DNA of 11,287 nt from Prasinococcaceae sp. CCMP 1430 (lineage: Eukaryota > Plantae > Prasinodermophyta). Each line of letters begins with the position of its first letter. Within the stretch, counting starts at the first letter, position 1. The notes under the pieces are model-generated. The model made no database searches and was not told the DNA's origin. It was given only the letters and a program-made list of their open reading frames with translations. Location: the NCBI GenBank assembly GCA_013416795.1, contig RQSC01000154.1, positions 63,690 through 74,976 on the forward strand. The letters run 5' to 3'. Shown piece after piece: positions 1-7,684 of this stretch. The translations under genes and the position numbers were made by a program.

Positions 1-2
1 CG

Positions 3-10
3 CCGTTGCC

Positions 11-42
<32 letters not shown>

Positions 43-1112
43 ACGTCCCCACTTACGACCACGTCCCGTTCGACATGCTGCGCCGCCTGCCGTCGCGGCA
101 GAAGCCGCGCGCGCACGCCGCGCGCGCGCTCCTGGCGAGCCGGGGCAGCAGCTTTGAGACCCACGGGCTGCCCTACGACAACGTCCGCGCGCCCTCGCCA
201 ACACAGCAGGAGCACCACCACCACCACCACCACCACCACCACCAACGATTCGGCGCGAAGAAGGGGCACGACGTCCGCACCCCTGGCCAGCGGGCGGCCG
301 CGGCCGCGGCCGAGCTCGTGCGGCGTGGCATCGCGCCGCGCGGCACGCCGTGCACGCCCTTGACCGCGTACCTCACCGCGCCGGCCGCCGCCGCCGCCGC
401 GTTCGGCCACGCAGGCCGCGCGGCGAGCGGCGGGCTCGCGATGGCGCCCTGCTCGCGCGCATCGGGCGCCTTCGCGGACAAGGCCGGCCTGCGGAACGCG
501 GCGGCGCCGCCGCAGGAGACGCCCGCGCCAGGCGCATGCGACGGCCGGGCTCGCGAGCCGACGCGACGCGCGACGCGGCCTGCCGATCTCGCGGGCCGTC
601 CGCCTCCGCTCACGCGCCCAACGATCGCGGACTCGAACCGGCGGGGGGGTCCGGTCGGCGCCAGTGCCGCTGTTGACGAACCGCCAGAAGCGAGCGACGC
701 CAACGAAGCGGAGGGCGACGAAGAGAGGGAGCCGGCTGACGAGCGCGCTGTGGGGGACAACGCGGCGGGGGGGCACGCGCGCGCCGTGCGAATGCGATCG
801 GCCACCGGTTCGGCCGCCCACGAACGGGCGTCGGCAGAGCTGCGCGCGCTGCCGCCATCGTCGCTGGCTGGGCGCGAGCACAGGCTCGCCCACAGTGGCA
901 GCCGAGCGTCGGCGCTCGCGCTGCCGCCGCGACGCCGCTGCAGCGTGGTGCCACGAAAGGTCGCCAACCTCGGCGCGGGCTTCCGCATCGCGGCGCACGC
1001 CGACCGTCGGCGCGTGCTCGGCGCCATCCAGCGCGAGTCGCGCGAGCGCAGGCTGCGTGAGGAGAGGCGCCACTCCGCTCTGCGAGAACGTGATTCGCGC
1101 CCTCAACAATGA
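3..1112 (+). CDS. Hypothetical low-complexity protein, 3' part (5'-truncated at window edge)
   Basis: Frame open from the window start to TGA 1110-1112. Contains poly-Gly and poly-His tracts, an acidic patch (EASDANEAEGDEERE) and a charged helical C-terminus (RRRVLGAIQRESRERRLREERR). Composition becomes AT-richer right after the stop. No family recognised. Confidence 0.5.
15..41 (+). repeat. (GGC)9 microsatellite, poly-Gly in ORF1 frame
   Basis: Seen directly. Confidence 0.95.
213..242 (+). repeat. (CAC)10 microsatellite, poly-His in ORF1 frame
   Basis: Seen directly. Confidence 0.95.
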
Positions 1113-1182
1113 TGCCACCATACATTCTGTACACTCCTCATCGCATCTGAGAGGCGCTCCTACGACGCGCTGGGCTGCCGCC

Positions 1183-2303
1183 TCACTGCGTCGTGCACCA
1201 CGCGCTCTGTGAGAACTTGTCGAAGTCCGCAGCCGCGCCAGTGGGGGCACCTGCTCCAGCGGCGGCCACCTGCGCGTCGTCAGCGCCTGCGCCCCCAGGT
1301 TGGGGCTGCCCACTGGGCGTCGAGCCGAGCTCCCTCATCTTCATCTCGATGGCCCCTCGGACGGCCGAGTCGAGAAGCCGCGTGCCCAGCGCGTCGCGCG
1401 CGGCCAGCGTGTAGACGCGCATTTCCTTGTCCTCCTTGCGACTCGCCTGGAAAATGAAGCGCTGCTCGGCGATCGCAAAGTTGAGGACGCTGTAGATGGA
1501 GAATTCCAGAGCGCCGGCCAGCGCGCCCGCGGCGCCAGCGCCGCCGTCCTTTGCTGCGGCGGCCACGTCGCCCGCCGTGGGTGCGCCGCCGCCACCGAGC
1601 GGCACGACGACGAAGCCGTCTCCACTCACGACGACCGCCACATCCAGCGCGCCCGCCGCGTCCAGCGCCATCTCCGGTGAGGGAAGGAAGGTCGCGAAAA
1701 TGACGCCCGCGTTGGGCGCGTTCGGCTCGCGAGCCCCGCTGGGGGCCTCGGCCGTCGCGCCGGAAGCGTCCACGCCGGCGCGTGCATCCGCCGCGTTTGA
1801 CGCTTCGCCGCCGCCAGCGTTGGCACCTCCGCCGTCCGCCGCGCCGGTGCCCGTCACACCGCGAGCGGATTTCACGGGCGTGCCGTTGTGCGCGGTGATG
1901 CCCTCCCTGGCGAGCGCCTGTGGGAGCTGCTGCCGCACCGTGTGCCTGAAGATCATCCAGAAGGCGGCCTCCTTCGCGCCGCGAAAGCGTGTGAACGCAT
2001 AGTGCAGCGTGTGCAGCGCCGGCTGCGCCTCCATGAGCCGCACCCCGAACTCGGGCGACGGTGCGGCCTGGTCGAAGTCCTCCCGCGCGGCGATCTCGAG
2101 CGCGGCGTTCGCCCAGGTGGCGGCGTCCGCCGACATCACCGCGGCGGACACAGCGGCCTGCGCCGCGCGCCGCAGCCGATCGACTGTGTCATCCTCGCCG
2201 TCGCCGCCCACACCTGCCCGGTCGCGCGCGTATCGCTCCGCCGCGTCGGGCACCGCCCACGCGAGCACGGCGAGGTGCACGTCGCCGCCGTCCGCGCCGC
2301 CGC
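1183..2303 (-). CDS. BSD-domain-like protein with a C-terminal PH/PTB-fold-like region (5' end lost in the N gap)
   Basis: Open frame from the gap to TGA at 1185-1183 with high third-position GC. RLMEAQPALHTLHYAFTRFRGAKEAAFWMIF (~2040-1936) fits the BSD pattern (helix, L..L, E..FW..Y/F). ~1704-1329 has short hydrophobic beta-strand segments ending in one amphipathic helix (LLDSAVRGAIEMKMREL), as in PH-superfamily folds. The coding call is solid; the domain calls are inference. Confidence 0.7.
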
Positions 2304-2629
2304 NNNNNNNNNNNNNNNNNNNNNNNNNNNNNNNNNNNNNNNNNNNNNNNNNNNNNNNNNNNNNNNNNNNNNNNNNNNNNNNNNNNNNNNNNNNNNNNNN
2401 NNNNNNNNNNNNNNNNNNNNNNNNNNNNNNNNNNNNNNNNNNNNNNNNNNNNNNNNNNNNNNNNNNNNNNNNNNNNNNNNNNNNNNNNNNNNNNNNNNNN
2501 NNNNNNNNNNNNNNNNNNNNNNNNNNNNNNNNNNNNNNNNNNNNNNNNNNNNNNNNNNNNNNNNNNNNNNNNNNNNNNNNNNNNNNNNNNNNNNNNNNNN
2601 NNNNNNNNNNNNNNNNNNNNNNNNNNNNN
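2304..2629. other. Assembly gap (326 N) hiding the starts of two divergent genes
   Basis: N run; the minus-strand BSD-like CDS and the plus-strand pepD CDS both run out of it. Confidence 0.97.
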
Positions 2630-2630
2630 C

Positions 2631-4317
2631 GCCGCGCCCCCGCCGCGCGTGCGCGCGCCCGAGGCACTCGCCGGGCTGGAGCCGGCCGCGCTGTGGAGGT
2701 TCTTCGGGGAGCTCACGCAGATCCCGCGGCCGTCGAAGAAGGAGGGCGCGGTGCTCGCCTACCTGCGCGAATTCGCGCGCGAGCGCGGGCTCGAGACGCG
2801 CAGCGATGCCGTGGGCAACCTCGTCATCGCGCGGCCCGGCAGCGGCGGCGGAGAGGACGCGCCTGCGGTGTGCGTCCAGGGACACGTCGACATGGTGACC
2901 GAGGCGGAGCCCTCGCTGGGCTTCGACTTCGACACCACGCCGCTGAATGTCGTGCGCGACGGCGACTGGGTCACAGCAGTCGGCACCACGCTCGGCGCGG
3001 ACAACGGCATCGGGGTGGCGGCCGCGCTCGCGCTCCTCGATTCGGACGCGGACGCGCCGCTGCCGCCACTGGAGGCGCTCTTCACCGTGGACGAGGAGAC
3101 GGGGCTCACCGGCGCGTTCGGCCTCGAGGCGGACAAGCTCCTCACCGCCACGACGATGCTCAACCTGGACACGGAGGAGTGGGGCAGCGTGTACATTGGC
3201 TGCGCGGGGGGTGGCGACAGCATCCTGAACCTGGCGGTGGCAACGGAGCCGTTCGCCGCCGCCGCCGCACTGAACGTGTCGGTGAGCGGCTGCCTGGGCG
3301 GGTGCGTGCGCCGCGACTCGCCAGCCTGCGGTCGATGCCTTCCCCTCCCGACCCCTTCCCCCCACCCACCCACCTCCACCTCCCCCTGTGTTGATCCCCT
3401 CAGCCGCTGACAGCGTCCATCGCGCGCCCTGCTGCTCGCGTCCACGCAGCCATTCGGGACTCAACATCGGCGAGGACCGCGCCAACGCCTTGCTTCTTGC
3501 GGCGGATTGCGCGGGTGTGGCAATGGCAGCGGCCGGTGGCGACGCGCACGCGCGCCTGCTTTCGCTTGGCGGCGGTGACAAGCGCAACGCCATCGCGCGC
3601 GACGCGTCGGCTGCGCTTCTGTGCGCCGACGCCGACGCAGCCGAGGCGGCCCGAGCCGCCGTCGCCGCGCGCGCCGCAGAACTCGCCGAGGAGTACGGCA
3701 CGCTTGAGACGGGCCTGGCCGTGGCTGTGGAGGTCGGCGAGCCTGCCGGCGCCGAGCCGCTCGCGCCTGAGAGCACCGAGCGCCTGCTCTCGCTGTTGGC
3801 GCTGCTGCCGCACGGCGCGCTGAAGTATTCGCACGCAATCGAGGGGCTCGTGGAGACCTCCAACAACGTCGCCAGCGCGCACCTGTCGGCGGACGGCACG
3901 TCCTACGAGCTCGTCACGGCCACGCGGTCGAGCATCACGCCCGCCTTGGAGCGCGTCAGGCGCACGATCAAGGCCGCCGCAGAGCGCTGTGGCGGCACTG
4001 CCGTTCAGCCGGACTTTTATCCGGGTTGGGCCCCCGACACGCAGAGCGCCGTGCTTTCCGTCGTCAAAGAGGAGCTGGCCGCGATCACCGGGGAGACCCC
4101 CGAGGTGAAGGCCATCCACGCCGGCCTCGAATGCGGCATCCTCAAGGAGAAGGTGGCCACGCAGTGCGGTGCCAAGCTCGACTGCGTTTCCTACGGTCCA
4201 ACGATTACTGGCGCGCACTCCCCCGACGAACGCGTCCAGATTTCGACCGTGGCGCCGTTTTTTACACTCACGCAAGCTGTGCTGGCCAGGCTCGCGCAGG
4301 TGCGCGCCTCGAGCTAG
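2631..4317 (+). CDS. pepD: Aminoacyl-histidine (Xaa-His) dipeptidase, peptidase M20C / PepD; exons <2631-3301 and 3450-4317
   Basis: PepD-type motifs: LWRFFGELTQIPRPSKKE, D.VGN, QGHVDMV, GTTLGADNGIG, LFTVDEETGLTGA, NLDTEE...IGCAGG, IHAGLECG, SYGPTITGAHSPDE. All M20 metal ligands and the catalytic EE are present. Removing 3302-3449 restores the conserved G.xGGHSG (GCLGG/HSGLNI). 512 aa visible; start in the gap. Confidence 0.93.
3302..3449 (+). other. Spliceosomal intron in pepD (148 nt, phase 2)
   Basis: GG|GTGCGT donor, GCTGAC branch site 3406-3411, CAG| acceptor; splicing repairs the frameshift. Confidence 0.93.
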
Positions 4318-4937
4318 CTACGTGGCTGCCTGCGGCACGCTGCGGCAGCCGCAGTCGGAGGCGGGGAGCCGGAGTGGTGCGGCGCGGCGCGGGTGCCCCC
4401 TGTGTTGGTAATATGACAGTACGTCAGGTCTTGCGCGTCGCACCTCTCACGCGCCGCCCGAGGCCCCCGCCCTCCGCACTGGCCCCATCCCGCCGACGAG
4501 GCCCGCGGTGCGCTTGGCAGTGCCCGCCGAGGCCTCACCCGGGCCAGCAAGCCGTGAACCCGGTCACATCGTGCGTCTGACCGGGATCATCCAACCTAGA
4601 CCTGGGTAAATCCGGCGAGATCTGGTGAGCACACCGGGTGGACTGAAGGCCCCATGTGCATGTGTGTGTGTTTTCGAATGGCGAGTGTGCAAATGCGCGC
4701 GCACAAATGCTCGTGCGCGCGCACTGGGCTGCCCCCCCTCCCCGTGCGCCCCTCCCCCTCCGCCCTCACGCCCGCAAGGTCCACAAGGACGCGGGCGCGC
4801 ACATCCCTGCCTCTCGACTGTATTCGCCCGTCGTTGCGCCGCGGGCGTCCGGGGGGCGGCGCACACCGCGCGCCCGGCGGCGGCGGCGGCGCAGGCGCGC
4901 TGCAAAAGGCCGAGGCGCGCGGATCGGGGGCGCGGCG

Positions 4938-7241
4938 ATGGCGCGCGGCGCGGCGGCAACAGCAGCACCCCCGCCGGCGGTCGAGGCGACGCTGCGCGAT
5001 CTGCGCTCGCTGGTGGCGACGCGCGCCGCCTCGCACGCGTACGGCTCGGCGGTGTTTTTCGCCGACAAGGCGGTGTCGCTCAGCGACGGCGCGGTCGGCG
5101 ACGTGCTCGCGCTGGCGAACGTGCTCTACCTGGACGGCCAGCACCGGCGCGCGCTGCACGCGCTGCGGGCAACGACGCGCGGCACGCCGCTCGCAGAGAG
5201 CGACGCGCGCGCGCGCCACCTCGCGTCGCTCTGCCTCGCCGAGTGCGGCGAGTGGGAGGACTGCCTCGCACTGCTCGGGGAGGGCGGTGATGCGACCGAC
5301 GCGGGTGAGGCGTGCGATCCGCTCATGCAGGGAGGGGGCGAGCCGCGTGCAGACAGCGCGGCCAGCTCGGACCTCACAGGTGCGCGCGCGGCCTCGCCTC
5401 CCGACGCTCTCAGCGCCGTCGAGGCGCACGCGCTAGAGCGCCGCCGCCGCGACTGGCGCTGACTCGGAGGCGCCCTTCTCATCCGCAGGCGGCGCGCACC
5501 ACCGGCAGGGCACGGGCGCGACGGCGATCGGCGCGGACGCCGCGCTGGCGCTGCCGGGCGACTTCAGCCGCGGCGCAGTGTGCCTGCTCCGCGCACGCGC
5601 GTACGAGGCGCTCGAAAACCGGCCCCGCGCAGCGCGCTGGTACAAGAACGCCCTCAGTGCGGACCCGTTCTGCTACGAGGCCTTCGAGGCTCTCGTGACC
5701 AACCAGATGCTCACGTGCAAGGAGGAGCGCAAGCTCATCGAGGAGCTCTCGCTGAGGCCCGGGTCGGACGTATGGCTCTCGCTGCTGTACTCTGCGAGCA
5801 CCAAGAAGGTAATTGCGCGCATCAGGAGCGCAGGGTGGATAAGAGGGCGTGCGTGCCCGATCTTCCGCTGCCGCACGTAGTGCCCGCGCGCTTCGCCGTG
5901 CTGACTCGGGCGCGACGCCTCGCTGGCCCCACCGGCGCTGCACGCCGCGCAGTACGATGCGACGCACAGTGAGGGAGTGCTGGCCGAGCTCGAGTCGTGG
6001 GGGTCCCAGCCTGCCGAGGCTGTCGGCGACGAGGGCCATGCCGCGAAAGCAGCCGGGCAAGGGGCGCCCGGCGTGGGGGGCGCCGCCGCTCAGGGGGCGC
6101 AAGGCGAGCAAGGGGCGCGGCCAGCGTACGGCCCATTTGCCACTAACAGCGATGTGATGGCGTGCCACGCCGACATGCTGTACAGCCGCGGCGACTACTC
6201 GGGCGCGTACGATGCGACTTCCGTGCTGCTGTCGCGCGACCCGTACTGCTTGGCGGCGATGCCGGTGCACCTGGCGAGCGCCCTCGAGCTCGGCATGAAG
6301 AACGAGCTCTTCATCCGCTCGCACAAGCTCTGCGAGGAGTATCCGCATCGCGCGGTGTCTTGGTTTGGCGTGGGCTGCTACTACTACTGCGTGGGGAACT
6401 TCGACTCCGCGAGACGATATTACGGCAAGGCGACGCAGATGGAGCCATCCTTCGCCCCCGCGTGGATGGGATTTGGTGCGTCGCGTCGCGCGCGGCGGCG
6501 CGAGGCCACGGCGAATGCGCGCGCGAATGCACGCGCGCGCAAGCGCTGACGCGGCGCTCCCTTGGCGCCGGGCGCCCCGGCGCGCACTGCCTGCCTCGCT
6601 CAGGGAACTCGTTCGCCGCGCAGGATGAGAGCGACCAGGCGATGGCCGCGTACCGCAGCGCCAACCGCCTGTTCGAGGGCTGCCATTTGCCGCTGGTCGC
6701 CATCGGCATGGAGTACCAGCGCACCAATAACCAGCCGCTCGCCGCGCAGTTCTTCATGCGCGCGCTGGCGCTGTGCGACACGGATCCGCTGGTGTACAAC
6801 GAGCTGGGCGTGCTGCACTACCGCGACAACAACTTTGCCGCCGCGGAGGAGGCTTTCGTGAGGGCACTCTCGCTGGTGCCTGCCGCGCAGTCGGCGGCGT
6901 GGGAGTCCACCGCCTCAAACCTGGGCCACGCGCTGCGCAAGCAGTGCCGGTACGCCGAGGCCGCCCAGCTGTACGAGCGATCGCTGGCGCTCGCGCCGCG
7001 CTGTGCGGCAACGCACGCCGCGCTGGGCTTCACGCGCCACCTGCAGGGAAAGTACATGGCCGCCGTCGAGCACTACCACAAGGCGCTCGGCATCCGGCCG
7101 GACGACGTGCTCACTGGGGAGATGCTCACCATCGCGCTGGCGGAGGAGGGCCTGTCGTTTCGGCCGGGGCAGCTCGACGCACCGGGCGCCGCGGCCGGCG
7201 GCACCAGCACGCCCTGCACCAGCGCGCCCATGGAGGCCTGA
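4938..7241 (+). CDS. CDC16: Anaphase-promoting complex subunit 6 (APC6/CDC16), TPR protein; exons 4938-5379, 5489-5808, 5953-6475, 6604-7241 (640 aa)
   Basis: Plant-like APC6 motifs throughout: YGSAVFFADKA, YEALENR..A.RWYKNAL.ADPFCYEA...MLT..EE, KK/YD across intron 2, AVSWFGVGCYYY, FAPAWMGFG/NSFAAQDESDQAMAAYR across intron 3, GCHLP, DPLVYNELG, NLGHALRK, YHKALG. The spliced length of 1923 nt is in frame from ATG 4938 to TGA 7241. Confidence 0.95.
5380..5488 (+). other. APC6 intron 1 (109 nt, phase 1)
   Basis: AG|GTGCGC, GCTGAC at 5458-5463, CAG|; restores the frame. Confidence 0.88.
5809..5952 (+). other. APC6 intron 2 (144 nt, phase 0)
   Basis: AG|GTAATT, GCTGAC at 5900-5905, CAG|; removes the in-frame TAG at 5878-5880 and joins KK|YD. 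Confidence 0.9.
6476..6603 (+). other. APC6 intron 3 (128 nt, phase 1)
   Basis: TG|GTGCGT, GCTGAC at 6545-6550, CAG|; joins GF-G-NSF. Confidence 0.93.
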
Positions 7242-7512
7242 GCGCGAGGCGCCCCGCACCGCGCCCACGTAAACACGCGAGTTGCGCGGACTGCCGACAG
7301 GGGCGGCGGCGGCGACGGTGCGTGCGGGGAGCGATGCGATGCGGCGACAGGAGGCGCTGTCTGGCGTCATGCCGCTCGCGCGCTCGCCGCGCTTTGCGGA
7401 ACCGGTCCCCGCCTCGCACGCTTCCGCCCCTGGCACCCGCACAGGGTTCGACGACGTTGAACGCGGTTCGCCGACGAGATCCCGCCCAATTGCTCGGGTT
7501 CTTGAGGGATAA

Positions 7513-7552
7513 ATAGACCCGGTCGAAGCGCGATAGACCCGGTCAAAGCGCG
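7513..7552 (+). repeat. 20-bp tandem repeat ATAGACCCGGTC(G/A)AAGCGCG x2
   Basis: Two copies, 19/20 identical, followed by a degenerate GTCAGACCGGG. Confidence 0.9.
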
Positions 7553-7661
7553 GTCAGACCGGGCGCGGGGCGGGCTCCCCGCGCGACGCCCCAGCGCACC
7601 AGGCGCACTCAGCTCCGCGCGCGTTCGCAAACCCTCTTTCCCGATCGATGTCGCGGCAATG

Positions 7662-7670
7662 TTAGGGTTT
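7662..7670 (-). promoter_or_regulatory. Telo-box (AAACCCTAA)
   Basis: Exact TTAGGGTTT on +, upstream of an RNA helicase. In plants, telo-boxes are enriched at translation and ribosome-biogenesis genes. Function here is inferred. Confidence 0.45.
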
Positions 7671-7684
7671 GATTCCCCAAACGG

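Noticed and set aside
3290-3460. pepD (and APC6) as frameshifted pseudogenes
   Set aside because: Every frame break is exactly repaired by a canonical GT-AG intron with a branch site.
3302-6603. Introner-type mobile introns
   Set aside because: The intron bodies share no visible similarity beyond splice signals and show no terminal repeats; a genome-wide BLAST would be needed to exclude this fully.
7513-7563. Mini CRISPR array
   Set aside because: Repeats are directly adjacent with no spacers, the context is eukaryotic, and no cas genes are present.
7661-7670. Telomerase RNA template (AAACCCUAAC on the minus strand)
   Set aside because: No recognisable Pol III promoter, downstream T-run or pseudoknot; the segment would be paired with 7628-7635, and a telo-box is simpler.
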